A DNA stretch of 64,000 bases, from the sequence record MT446396.1, one strand, 5' to 3'. The DNA comes from Escherichia virus TH22. The notes below the pieces were generated by a model, which was given only the letters and a program-made list of their open reading frames with translations, had not been told where the DNA came from and made no database searches. Positions within the stretch are counted from its first letter, which is position 1; every line of letters begins with the position of its first letter. Positions 54,025 to 62,174 of the stretch are shown in pieces. The position numbers and the translations under genes are program-made.

Positions 54025-54680
54025 ATTATCAGTTTATATATTCATCGTTAATTGAAAGGGCCTGTAACAGGGTCCTGATTTCATATAAAGAATCTCATCA
54101 CATCATTCCGAAATGTATGGGTGGTTCAAATGACCCAGATAATCTGGTCGATTTGACTCCTGAGGAACATTATGTAGCCCATCAACTATTGGTTAAAATA
54201 TATCCTACAAATCCAGGTTTAAGTTTTGCTGCTACATCCATGTGCCAGTCAAGCAAGTATTTGAAACGCAATAATAAATTATTTGGTTGGTTAAGACGTA
54301 GACACGCTGACAATATTTCTAAAAGTCAAACCGGTAAAGTTTACTTTAATAATGGTGTCAAATCGATAAAACTATTTCCATGGGAAAATATTCCGGATGG
54401 GTTTGTCAAAGGAAGACATTACAGTCCAACCAAGGGTACAAAACATTCTCGCAATAATGGTCATTTTAAAAATAAAGAGATTCAGGATGAATTGAGAAAG
54501 CGCCGGTGGGAAAAAGATAGGCAAGAAATGTGTAAAAACTTCGGAGTTGATACCGTCGAGCAAGCTCGAGAGTTGGTCTTAGCATATAAAAAGGAATTGC
54601 ATCCTCGATACTGGGTAAAGCCAATGTTGGAACGTTATCCGTTTATGACTAAGCTAAGACTTAACACATTAATAAAATAA
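54006..54680 (+). CDS. HNH homing endonuclease (Mob-like), second copy, inserted between genes 2 and 3
   Basis: 224 aa; [10 protein letters not shown]...[11 protein letters not shown], paralogous to ORF 52066; 5' end overlaps the gene 2 stop by 19 nt. Confidence 0.8.
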   Translation: MEKFTLNYQFIYSSLIERACNRVLISYKESHHIIPKCMGGSNDPDNLVDLTPEEHYVAHQLLVKIYPTNPGLSFAATSMCQSSKYLKRNNKLFGWLRRRHADNISKSQTGKVYFNNGVKSIKLFPWENIPDGFVKGRHYSPTKGTKHSRNNGHFKNKEIQDELRKRRWEKDRQEMCKNFGVDTVEQARELVLAYKKELHPRYWVKPMLERYPFMTKLRLNTLIK

Positions 54681-54715
54681 TCTATTATCGGTCAGTGTTA
54701 TTGGTAAGGACAAAA

Positions 54716-54754
54716 GGTCTAGAACCATTATAACACTGATTGTTTTAAAGCAAA
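54716..54754 (-). promoter_or_regulatory. orphan MotA-box middle-promoter-like element on the minus strand (TGCTTTA, 13 nt, TATAAT, GGTTCTAGACC), pointing antisense into the HNH gene
   Basis: Reverse complement of 54716-54754 reads tttGCTTTAaaacaatcagtgtTATAATGGTTCTAGACC. Confidence 0.4.
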
Positions 54755-54765
54755 CAAGGTGCATT

Positions 54766-55365
54766 ATGTCAGGTTTATATAATCAAACTAACACGACTAA
54801 CTTTATATTAGAGGTAAGCGATTCAAACCTCACACAGACCTTTAAACTCAACGTTCAAGACGTTACCCTCCCAGGGGTTCACATCCCTGTGACAGATGTT
54901 CCTGGGGGAACACAAGGTATAAATCGCTCCAGTCTTCCTGGTAGTACAATAGAATTCGACCCACTGATTGTTAACTTTCTGTGTGACAAAGACCTAAGAG
55001 CATGGCTTGACATTTATAAATGGATGCTCTCGCTCAACAACTACATCACACACGAATCAAAAGCATGGCATCCGAAGGGTCGTCCCGAAGCGGTCACGCT
55101 TCATATCTTAGATAACAACAAGGACAAAATTGTCATGTCAATCCATTACTATGGAGCATGGCCGTCCGACCTGTCAGAGATTCAGTATTCATATAAAGAA
55201 GATTCTGACCCGGCTATCAATGCAACAGCAACTTTTAACTTTAAGTCTTTTGCTGTAGAAATTGATGGTATAATAATAGAAGGTAGACCACAGATTGATA
55301 GTAATGCAGCAATGCAACAGGAAATCAGGTCTAAGTCAATGCATCCATCTATGAGAAACGTATGA
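54766..55365 (+). CDS. 3: tail completion / sheath terminator protein
   Basis: 199 aa; position between genes 2 and 1 as in T4 (T4 gp3 about 176 aa). Confidence 0.7.
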   Translation: MSGLYNQTNTTNFILEVSDSNLTQTFKLNVQDVTLPGVHIPVTDVPGGTQGINRSSLPGSTIEFDPLIVNFLCDKDLRAWLDIYKWMLSLNNYITHESKAWHPKGRPEAVTLHILDNNKDKIVMSIHYYGAWPSDLSEIQYSYKEDSDPAINATATFNFKSFAVEIDGIIIEGRPQIDSNAAMQQEIRSKSMHPSMRNV

Positions 55366-56038
55366 AATTAATTGCGATTGTGGGTAAAAAACGCAGTGGT
55401 AAAGATACGACTGCTGATTATGTTATTAGTCAAAACGGAACAAAGTGGCAGCTTGCAGGTCCGATTAAAGAAGCGCTTTATAAAGCGTGGATTCGTCAAG
55501 ACCTGCCACACAATTTGACCCTGGAAAATTTTGATGGACAAGGTTATGACCGTGAAAAAACCTTGATAATGAACAACACCGAAGCTTATATTCTTCTGGT
55601 TGATGCTCTTGAATGGTTGAAACAACAATACAATCTTGACCTTCCGAATCCAGATATGGTTCGTAAAATCATTGAATTTCACACACTAAATAATGTTGAG
55701 CCCTGGACAGTTAGACGTTTCATGCAGACCCTTGGAACTGACATCGTTTGTACAGAGTTCGACAGCATGTTTTGGATTAAAACTTTTGCGTGCGATTATC
55801 TTGACAACCTCTATTCTGGATATAAATATTACGTTGTCCCAGATGTTCGTCAAAAGAACGAACTTGATTCGCTTCGGGCGATGGGTGCTACAATAATCTT
55901 TGTAGAGCGCGATGAAGCAAATCATTCTACTGATACACACATTACGGAAGCTGGACTTCCACCACTAGCTAGTGACATTGTTATTAAAAACGATGGCACA
56001 CTCGAAGAACTTTTTGATAAAATTAATAAGGTAATATA

Positions 56039-56039
<1 letters not shown>
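55362..56039 (+). CDS. 1: deoxynucleoside monophosphate kinase
   Basis: 225 aa; P-loop VGKKRSGKDT near the N-terminus; position before 57A as in T4. Confidence 0.85.
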
Positions 56040-56729
<690 letters not shown>

Positions 56730-56730
<1 letters not shown>

Positions 56731-56759
56731 TGTACAAATGAGTGTAGGTGCAGTATTAT
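56730..56759 (+). promoter_or_regulatory. early promoter (ATGTAC-18 nt-TATTAT)
   Basis: Hexamers with 18-nt spacer upstream of ORF 56791. Confidence 0.5.
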
Positions 56760-56790
56760 GTTCCTACACCAACGAACAAACGGAGTTAAT

Positions 56791-57123
56791 ATGAACATCA
56801 AAACTTACAACGAGTTTTTAGCCGAATCCGCCATCAATGAGACCAAATCAATTGATGATAGTGAAGGCTCTCTGAAATTTGGTTTAACCAAAAATGCAGA
56901 TGGTGTTTTCTTTCAGATTGGTAATGAACGTTTTCAAACGTCCAAATATTCCAAAGCTGCAGTTGAAGCTGTCCTGAAATCTGGTGGCAAGTGGAAAGGC
57001 AAAGAAGGTACTAAAGAAATTGGTATCGCTGTTGACGGTGGTATGGCTTATTTTAAAATTGGCGATGAACAATTTATTATGTCTGCTCGCGGACGTAAAG
57101 AACTGGCAAAACTTTATAAATAA
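56791..57123 (+). CDS. internal-protein-like small protein with N-terminal capsid-targeting-like sequence (MNIKTYNEFLAE)
   Basis: 110 aa from ATG with GGAG Shine-Dalgarno; N-terminus resembles the T4 IP capsid-targeting sequence MKTYQEFIAE as recalled. Confidence 0.6.
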   Translation: MNIKTYNEFLAESAINETKSIDDSEGSLKFGLTKNADGVFFQIGNERFQTSKYSKAAVEAVLKSGGKWKGKEGTKEIGIAVDGGMAYFKIGDEQFIMSARGRKELAKLYK

Positions 57124-57131
57124 GGTTTCTT

Positions 57132-57404
57132 ATGAAAACTTTCAATGAATTTTTCAACGAGTCCCAACTGAATGAAGAAGTAAAAATTAGTAAAGCAGTC
57201 AAAGCTATGATTGACAATATCAATCACCTGTATAGCATTGACTTGACTGACCATATAACAATTGGTAACAAACGCAACTTTTTCGCGTTTGACATTTCAG
57301 AACTTGACCAGAACCAAATTAATAACATTGAGCGTTTTGCCAATGACAAGGGTCTCCGCCATGAGACAGCTGGTTATAAAAAATACGCAATTTATCTAAA
57401 ATAG
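57132..57404 (+). CDS. internal-protein-like small protein (MKTFNEFFNE)
   Basis: 90 aa; capsid-targeting-like N-terminus ending in Glu. Confidence 0.6.
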   Translation: MKTFNEFFNESQLNEEVKISKAVKAMIDNINHLYSIDLTDHITIGNKRNFFAFDISELDQNQINNIERFANDKGLRHETAGYKKYAIYLK

Positions 57405-57412
57405 GATTTCAA

Positions 57413-57712
57413 ATGCAAACGCTCCATGAATTTTTGGTAGAAAACAATTATCTGGCAGAAGCAAAAACCTGGCCTCTGGGCCTTCAGAAGAAAAACACCT
57501 ACAAATGGGTTGACTTCAAAGGTAAAGGCGACGCTGAAGACTTTGACCAGCTGTGTAAAAATGGTTATACCTTCCTTGACTCTAACTATAATAAAATTAC
57601 CTCATTTAGTCAGAAATCCAGCATTGCATATATTGAAACTGGTAAGAACACCCCTAAGAACATCACTGACGACTTCGCAGCTTATGGCGTGATTCGCGGT
57701 TCAAAAATGTAA
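57413..57712 (+). CDS. internal-protein-like small protein (MQTLHEFLVE)
   Basis: 99 aa; degenerate capsid-targeting-like N-terminus. Confidence 0.55.
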   Translation: MQTLHEFLVENNYLAEAKTWPLGLQKKNTYKWVDFKGKGDAEDFDQLCKNGYTFLDSNYNKITSFSQKSSIAYIETGKNTPKNITDDFAAYGVIRGSKM

Positions 57713-57748
57713 TGTACATGATGGGATAACTGCAGTATAATTATCCCA
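57712..57748 (+). promoter_or_regulatory. early promoter inside inverted repeat TGGGATAA...TTATCCCA (promoter stem-loop cassette)
   Basis: -35 ATGTAC, 18 nt, -10 TATAAT at 57736-57741; 8-bp inverted repeat brackets the -10. Confidence 0.6.
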
Positions 57749-57781
57749 TCAACTACTGGAGACAACATGAAAACTTATCAA
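57715..57781 (+). repeat. 67-bp perfect direct repeat, copy A (promoter + RBS + first 5 codons)
   Basis: Identical to 58013-58079. Confidence 0.85.
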
Positions 57782-58009
57782 ACATTTATAACAGAATCTT
57801 CCCATGGTATGGAAGTTAAACTTGGTCAAGCCCTTGCTGAAGCAGAGCGCCTGTTTGCACGTATCAAAGAACTTGCTGATTCTGTAGATGCATCATCTTT
57901 TAAAGGCGACCAGGGTAAAGTTAAAGCTCTCCTTGCTCTTTGTTCTGATGCAGGCGAAATTGCTAAGAATGGTACCAAGATGAAAAAACGCCTAGAAGAC
58001 TTAAAATAA
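57767..58009 (+). CDS. internal-protein-like small protein (MKTYQTFITE)
   Basis: 80 aa; capsid-targeting-like N-terminus. Confidence 0.65.
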   Translation: MKTYQTFITESSHGMEVKLGQALAEAERLFARIKELADSVDASSFKGDQGKVKALLALCSDAGEIAKNGTKMKKRLEDLK

Positions 58010-58048
58010 GTATACATGATGGGATAACTGCAGTATAATTATCCCATC
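58010..58048 (+). promoter_or_regulatory. early promoter inside inverted repeat TGGGATAA...TTATCCCA (promoter stem-loop cassette)
   Basis: -35 GTATAC, 18 nt, -10 TATAAT at 58034-58039. Confidence 0.6.
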
Positions 58049-58079
58049 AACTACTGGAGACAACATGAAAACTTATCAA
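58013..58079 (+). repeat. 67-bp perfect direct repeat, copy B
   Basis: Identical to 57715-57781. Confidence 0.85.
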
Positions 58080-58298
58080 GAATTTATTAATGAAACTGCT
58101 GATGTTAAAGTGCAATTCATTTACACCGGCAAGAAAGATAAAATGGGCGAAATGCCTTATGGAACTCTCCGCGACGCCTTAGATAATTACGGTCAGCTCG
58201 GCGGTGAAGAGTTTGGGGACTATTTTGTTATCCAGGGTCCGGCAGAAGTTATCGAGAAATGGGCTAACAAGTATAAATCAATTTTCCGTAAAAAATAA
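58065..58298 (+). CDS. internal-protein-like small protein (MKTYQEFINE)
   Basis: 77 aa; N-terminus nearly identical to the T4 capsid-targeting sequence MKTYQEFIAE as recalled. Confidence 0.65.
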   Translation: MKTYQEFINETADVKVQFIYTGKKDKMGEMPYGTLRDALDNYGQLGGEEFGDYFVIQGPAEVIEKWANKYKSIFRKK

Positions 58299-58340
58299 GT
58301 GTACTTTTAGATATGGGATAGTGTATAATTATCCCATCAA
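58299..58340 (+). promoter_or_regulatory. early promoter inside inverted repeat GGGATA...TATCCC (third cassette copy)
   Basis: -35 GTGTAC, -10 TATAAT at 58324-58329, then GAGGAG and ATG at 58358. Confidence 0.55.
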
Positions 58341-58357
58341 CTACTGAGGAGAATAAA

Positions 58358-58543
58358 ATGAAACGTTGCGAATTAATTAGAAATGTTACTGCCCTTGTTG
58401 CTGTTACCGCTTTTGGTTTTAGCATGTTTGCTGGCTTTATGTTGAATATGCTTTCAACTTCTGAGAATATAATCTCTTTAGTAGTTGCATTCTTAATTGG
58501 TTCAATCTCTTTCGTTATGGATAAAATCTCTAAAGGTGAATAA
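58358..58543 (+). CDS. small hydrophobic protein (61 aa, probably two transmembrane helices)
   Basis: Hydrophobic stretches VTALVAVTAFGFSMFAGFML and IISLVVAFLIGSISFV. Confidence 0.45.
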   Translation: MKRCELIRNVTALVAVTAFGFSMFAGFMLNMLSTSENIISLVVAFLIGSISFVMDKISKGE

Positions 58544-58950
58544 TGAACGTTGAATATTATGTATATGCAGATTATGAAAATAATCCGTCTAAAGATGAAG
58601 ATAATCGTTTAGGTGTAGATGCTTTCGATTCCCCTGCTGCCGCGTGGCAATGGGTTGAAAGAACCGATATTCCTTACCGTTATATTGAAGTGGTCGACCA
58701 CGCAGGAAACAAGTATCCTAAGGAAGCATATGTTCCTTCTGGGAAGGTGAATTTCCTTCTGTTTGCAGGTGATAACTATTATCCACGCGGTGGGTATACC
58801 GATTTAATCGCTAAAGCATTTTCTGAAGATGAACTGCGTGAAATTATAGAACAGAACAGTAGAAAACCGATGTATGGTTCTGACCGTTTTGACTGGTGGC
58901 AAATTGTTAATGCCAATACCCATACTGTTGTTGATGAGGGTTGTTTATGA
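58543..58950 (+). CDS. hypothetical protein (135 aa)
   Basis: ATG overlapping the upstream stop (TAATG). Confidence 0.45.
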   Translation: MNVEYYVYADYENNPSKDEDNRLGVDAFDSPAAAWQWVERTDIPYRYIEVVDHAGNKYPKEAYVPSGKVNFLLFAGDNYYPRGGYTDLIAKAFSEDELREIIEQNSRKPMYGSDRFDWWQIVNANTHTVVDEGCL

Positions 58951-59423
58951 ATATTAAATTTGGACAGACTATCCCTAAAGGTTATGTTGTTGAAATTGAA
59001 ACCTGGGAAAATGACGGTGATAACTATAAAACCCAGACAATATTTGGTGTAGAAGAACAAGAAATCCAACAGTACAAATATATCCTAGAACTTTTCCATG
59101 GTTCGCATTGCAACAACCCGGATAAATGTGGTAATTCAGAATGGGACGTAGTTAAAGACTTTATTATCGCACACATTGAATCTGGTGTAAAATCTGGCCA
59201 ATTAACTCCTGAATTCATTAACAAAACACTTTGTATTGAAAATCTGGAAAACCTGGTTGAAGGTGGCAATGGCCAGGAATTTGAATTATTGTGTTCTCTC
59301 CAGGAATTGCTGGGCGAGCCGGTGGAATATGATAGCGTTTTGCGCGTAGTTTCGTGGGTAAAATTATACATCATCGAAGAAGAAATCCAAATACCAAACG
59401 TTAAAGCACTTGATATGCTTTAA
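58947..59423 (+). CDS. hypothetical protein (158 aa)
   Basis: ATGA-coupled; the ORF-track TTG start at 58941 rejected. Confidence 0.45.
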   Translation: MNIKFGQTIPKGYVVEIETWENDGDNYKTQTIFGVEEQEIQQYKYILELFHGSHCNNPDKCGNSEWDVVKDFIIAHIESGVKSGQLTPEFINKTLCIENLENLVEGGNGQEFELLCSLQELLGEPVEYDSVLRVVSWVKLYIIEEEIQIPNVKALDML

Positions 59424-59501
59424 TAAAAACGCGTTATTATTAATAAGTACCCTCTATTACCAAAGGTTCTTCCCTCAAAGAGCCTTTCATAATAGAATTA
59501 A

Positions 59502-59575
59502 GGCCCTGTAGCTGGACGGTCAAGCGAGCGACTCATAATCGCTGGATGGTGGTTCGATTCCACCCAGGGCCACCA
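59502..59575 (+). tRNA. tRNA with CAT anticodon (Met, or Ile if lysidine-modified)
   Basis: Hand-folded cloverleaf: acceptor GGCCCTG/CAGGGCC, anticodon stem AGCGA/TCGCT with loop CTCATAA, T-arm GGTGG-TTCGATT-CCACC, encoded CCA. Confidence 0.75.
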
Positions 59576-59595
59576 AACTTATTTTAAATTATCAT

Positions 59596-59700
59596 GGCGA
59601 TAGGTATTGTAGATGCGGTTCGATTCCGTCCGGGGTAAGTGCCCTAGCATGCTTGGAGCATGAGTGACTTAATATTGGTGGTTCGAGTCCACCCCGCTAT
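59596..59700 (+). ncRNA. tRNA-like / degenerate tRNA region with two T-arm-like motifs but no canonical cloverleaf
   Basis: GCGG-TTCGATT-CCGT and GGTGG-TTCGAGT-CCACC present; no matching 7-bp acceptor stem found by hand. Confidence 0.25.
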
Positions 59701-59709
59701 GAACAAACA

Positions 59710-59785
59710 CGAGGCATAGCTCAGAAGGAAGAGCAAGGACCTTCTAAGTCCTAGGTCGTAGGTTCGATTCCTACTGTCTCGACCA
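59710..59785 (+). tRNA. tRNA-Arg (anticodon TCT)
   Basis: Hand-folded cloverleaf: acceptor CGAGGCA/TGTCTCG (one G-U), D-stem GCTC/GAGC, anticodon stem AGGAC/GTCCT with loop CTTCTAA, T-arm GTAGG-TTCGATT-CCTAC, encoded CCA. Confidence 0.8.
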
Positions 59786-59958
59786 AACAAGAAACCGGGT
59801 CGCTACCGGTAAGTCGTCGGACTGAAGTTCCCTGTTTAAGGACTGGCATTAATAAATCTTTACGATTTGTTGATGTCCCCTTATATCACAGCTGAAACGG
59901 CGCACCTAATTAACGATTCGAGGAAATATCTTTGCCGTAAGCCGAGTAGCGTTTTTGA

Positions 59959-60050
59959 CGGAACGTTCGGATATGGTCGAGATATGGCCTTTTAAAAATA
60001 TTGAGTAGCGTCAACTACTTGATAACCGGGTTCAAATCCCGGCGTTTCGT
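59959..60050 (+). ncRNA. tRNA-like RNA (92 nt) with acceptor stem, T-arm and a long internal hairpin but no canonical anticodon arm
   Basis: CGGAACG pairs with CGTTTCG; T-arm CCGGG-TTCAAAT-CCCGG; internal hairpin AGTAG-CGTCAA-CTACT. Confidence 0.3.
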
Positions 60051-60101
60051 ACAAACACTTGCCTAGCAGGTGGAACCCCGACAAGGTTGCCACAAGGTAT
60101 A

Positions 60102-60129
60102 GCCCCTTCCGAAAGGTTGGGGCTTTTTT
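60102..60129 (+). terminator. rho-independent terminator after the tRNA cluster
   Basis: GCCCCTTCC-GAAA-GGTTGGGGC hairpin followed by T6. Confidence 0.8.
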
Positions 60130-60136
60130 ATAAATA
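60129..60136 (+). promoter_or_regulatory. late-promoter-like TATAAATA upstream of ORF 60163
   Basis: Exact TATAAATA about 27 nt upstream of the ATG. Confidence 0.45.
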
Positions 60137-60162
60137 TAACGTACCCATAACTAAGGAAATTT

Positions 60163-60717
60163 ATGAAACTTTTAAAATATCTAAGCTGGATTCTGTTAGT
60201 ACCACTGGATTTCATTTCAATGATTCTGGCTGTTATCCTTGCACCATTTGTAGTGCCGTTCCATAACAAAAAGACTGGTAAGCTTCCGTTCGGATTTGAC
60301 TGGATGATGACATACGATAATCCAATTGATGGTGACCGTGGTCATGTTAAACGCTGGGAAAAAATCAGAAAATGGCCGTTAGGCGTTTACTTCCAGCGAG
60401 TGGCCTGGCTCTGGCGAAACAAAGCCTACAATTTTGCTTATCATAAGCTGGGCCGCGATTGCGATTCTAAATTCCATTATAAAGGTAATCCTGATGTTGA
60501 ATCGGGCTCCCCGGATAAAGCTCACCATGGCTGGCTCTGGATGTGGAATGATAATGCATGGGGCGTGTTCGCTTCCGTACCTTATCTTAAAGTTGGTGGA
60601 ATCACCTTTTATCTGCGCGTGTATTGCGGTTGGAAGCTCAAAAGTCTTCTGTCCCGTCCTATCCCGAAAGCTATGTTAGCCTTTCATATCAATCCCTTCC
60701 GTTTTTATAAGAACTAA
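60163..60717 (+). CDS. hypothetical protein with N-terminal transmembrane segment (184 aa)
   Basis: AAGGA Shine-Dalgarno; hydrophobic N-terminus LSWILLVPLDFISMILAVILAPFVV; Trp/His-rich body. Confidence 0.5.
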   Translation: MKLLKYLSWILLVPLDFISMILAVILAPFVVPFHNKKTGKLPFGFDWMMTYDNPIDGDRGHVKRWEKIRKWPLGVYFQRVAWLWRNKAYNFAYHKLGRDCDSKFHYKGNPDVESGSPDKAHHGWLWMWNDNAWGVFASVPYLKVGGITFYLRVYCGWKLKSLLSRPIPKAMLAFHINPFRFYKN

Positions 60718-60720
60718 TCA

Positions 60721-60746
60721 AACCCGCTCCGGCGGGTTTATTTTTA
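60721..60746 (+). terminator. rho-independent terminator (AACCCGC-UCCG-GCGGGUU + U-run)
   Basis: Hairpin plus TATTTTTA read directly. Confidence 0.8.
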
Positions 60747-60764
60747 ATATTTCTTCAAAAAGTA

Positions 60765-60812
60765 GTGTACATCCGAATTGACCGGGTGCATAATGATTCC
60801 ATACTGAGTTAC
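60765..60812 (+). promoter_or_regulatory. early promoter GTGTAC-18 nt-CATAAT with conserved leader GATTCCATACTGAGTTAC
   Basis: Same module as at 22662, 61651 and 62179. Confidence 0.6.
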
Positions 60813-60844
60813 ACACTGAATCACAAAAACTTTGGAGAAATAAA

Positions 60845-61270
60845 ATGAACTTTCTGACCCTGACCTCTGCATTTTCTGTTACCCGCATCACTAACAAAAT
60901 GGTTGCTGACGAAGTATGTGAAATCTGCATTCGTGAAGATGCACTTATCCATCTGACTTCAACCCAGATTGTTGCCATCGCTAAGTCCCTTAATTCTGAA
61001 CTGAAGGTAAACACCAAACAGTCAAAAGAATCCATCATTGAATTAATCCAAGCTGAAATGATTGAATTCCCAATTGAAGAAGTTAAAGAAGAAAAAATCC
61101 AGTCCAAATCTGGTAACGCCCGTGACATTTGCTTCCAGGCATTTGCAGAAATTGATATGAATGATAATGCAGCTCGCCGCGCTCTGATTGATGTTCTGGT
61201 TACCACCCATGATATCAAAAAGACTGTTGTTCAGTCATATGCTTCCAACTTCCGCAAAGCTCAAAAATAA
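60845..61270 (+). CDS. hypothetical early protein (141 aa), paralog of ORF 61723 in its C-terminal domain
   Basis: C-terminus NDNAARRALIDVLV...VVQSYASNFRK shared with ORF 61723. Confidence 0.5.
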   Translation: MNFLTLTSAFSVTRITNKMVADEVCEICIREDALIHLTSTQIVAIAKSLNSELKVNTKQSKESIIELIQAEMIEFPIEEVKEEKIQSKSGNARDICFQAFAEIDMNDNAARRALIDVLVTTHDIKKTVVQSYASNFRKAQK

Positions 61271-61282
61271 TTGAGAAAAGTG

Positions 61283-61316
61283 TTTTACTTCCAGGTGGGA
61301 TAGTGTATAATTATCC
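61283..61316 (+). promoter_or_regulatory. early promoter inside inverted repeat GGGATA...TATCCC
   Basis: -35 TTTTAC, -10 TATAAT at 61306-61311 flanked by GGGATA/TATCCC; leader variant CATACTGAGTTG. Confidence 0.5.
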
Positions 61317-61352
61317 CATACTGAGTTGCCAAATAAAACACTGGAGAATAAA

Positions 61353-61649
61353 ATGTTTAACGCACCTGCATGGCACGCTACCCAAGCTCAAGAAGAAAAC
61401 AAAGCAATCATTTCTGCTAAAATTGAAGCTCAACTGAATGAATTGTGCGAAACTGCTTCTGAAGAAGTTGTTGCAATCATCAAACAGTATCCTGCATCCA
61501 ACTATTCTCTGGCATGCATTAAAACAGAAATGGTTAACTTATGGCGCAAGAACAAGAAAACTTTCTTGGGTATGCAGTATCAAGCAATTGCATCTGCAGT
61601 AGTAAACATGTATGACTTTGAAGTTTATTTCCCAACTTCTGAAAATTAA
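61353..61649 (+). CDS. hypothetical early protein (98 aa)
   Basis: ATG with CTGGAG Shine-Dalgarno; the ORF-track start at 61326 lies inside the leader. Confidence 0.45.
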   Translation: MFNAPAWHATQAQEENKAIISAKIEAQLNELCETASEEVVAIIKQYPASNYSLACIKTEMVNLWRKNKKTFLGMQYQAIASAVVNMYDFEVYFPTSEN

Positions 61650-61650
61650 T

Positions 61651-61698
61651 GTGTACTTTGGAATTTGACTAAGGCATAATGATTCCATACTGAGTTAC
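61651..61698 (+). promoter_or_regulatory. early promoter GTGTAC-18 nt-CATAAT with conserved leader GATTCCATACTGAGTTAC
   Basis: Read directly; third copy of the module. Confidence 0.6.
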
Positions 61699-61722
61699 CA
61701 AATAAACAAACGGGATAATAAA

Positions 61723-62166
61723 ATGAAAACTTCAAAACTGGTTAAGTACGTTAAACTGGCATTAAACAACTCTTCTGAAGCTGAAGCACAATCCGCAGCA
61801 CGTATGTTCTTCAAACGTCTGACAGCTGAAGGTATTTCATTTAACCCGGCAGTATTTGGTATCACTCGTGGCGAAGCTGTTAAACTGGCAACTCTGGCAG
61901 GTAAAATTTTTAAAGGTCTGAATGATGGACAGGTTAAAGCAGAAGTTAAACCTACTCCTAAAGCTGAACCAAAAGCTGAGCGTAAGGCACCTAAACGCTC
62001 CGGTATGAGCAACAAAGATTTATGCTATGATATGTTCAAAACTGTTAATATGTCTAATGGTGCCGCTCGTAGGGCTGTTATTGATATGATTGTGCGTGAG
62101 TTTGGATTCAACAAAGCATCAGTTCAGTCTTATGCTTCCAACTTCCGCAAAGAATTTGAAATTTAA
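61723..62166 (+). CDS. hypothetical early protein (147 aa), paralog of ORF 60845 in its C-terminal domain
   Basis: C-terminus SNGAARRAVIDMIV...SVQSYASNFRK. Confidence 0.5.
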   Translation: MKTSKLVKYVKLALNNSSEAEAQSAARMFFKRLTAEGISFNPAVFGITRGEAVKLATLAGKIFKGLNDGQVKAEVKPTPKAEPKAERKAPKRSGMSNKDLCYDMFKTVNMSNGAARRAVIDMIVREFGFNKASVQSYASNFRKEFEI

Positions 62167-62174
62167 TTCAAAAA

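Noticed and set aside
57712-58340. Possible CRISPR array suggested by the regularly recurring repeat with inverted-repeat arms
   Set aside because: The repeats contain promoter hexamers, ribosome-binding sites and start codons; spacing is gene-sized (about 300 bp) and irregular; the intervening sequences are coding ORFs. These are promoter cassettes, not CRISPR repeats.
59786-59958. Possible further tRNA genes between tRNA-Arg and the 92-nt tRNA-like element
   Set aside because: No T-loop consensus and no acceptor/anticodon stem combination found by hand on either strand; only short hairpins. Left unannotated pending tRNAscan-SE.
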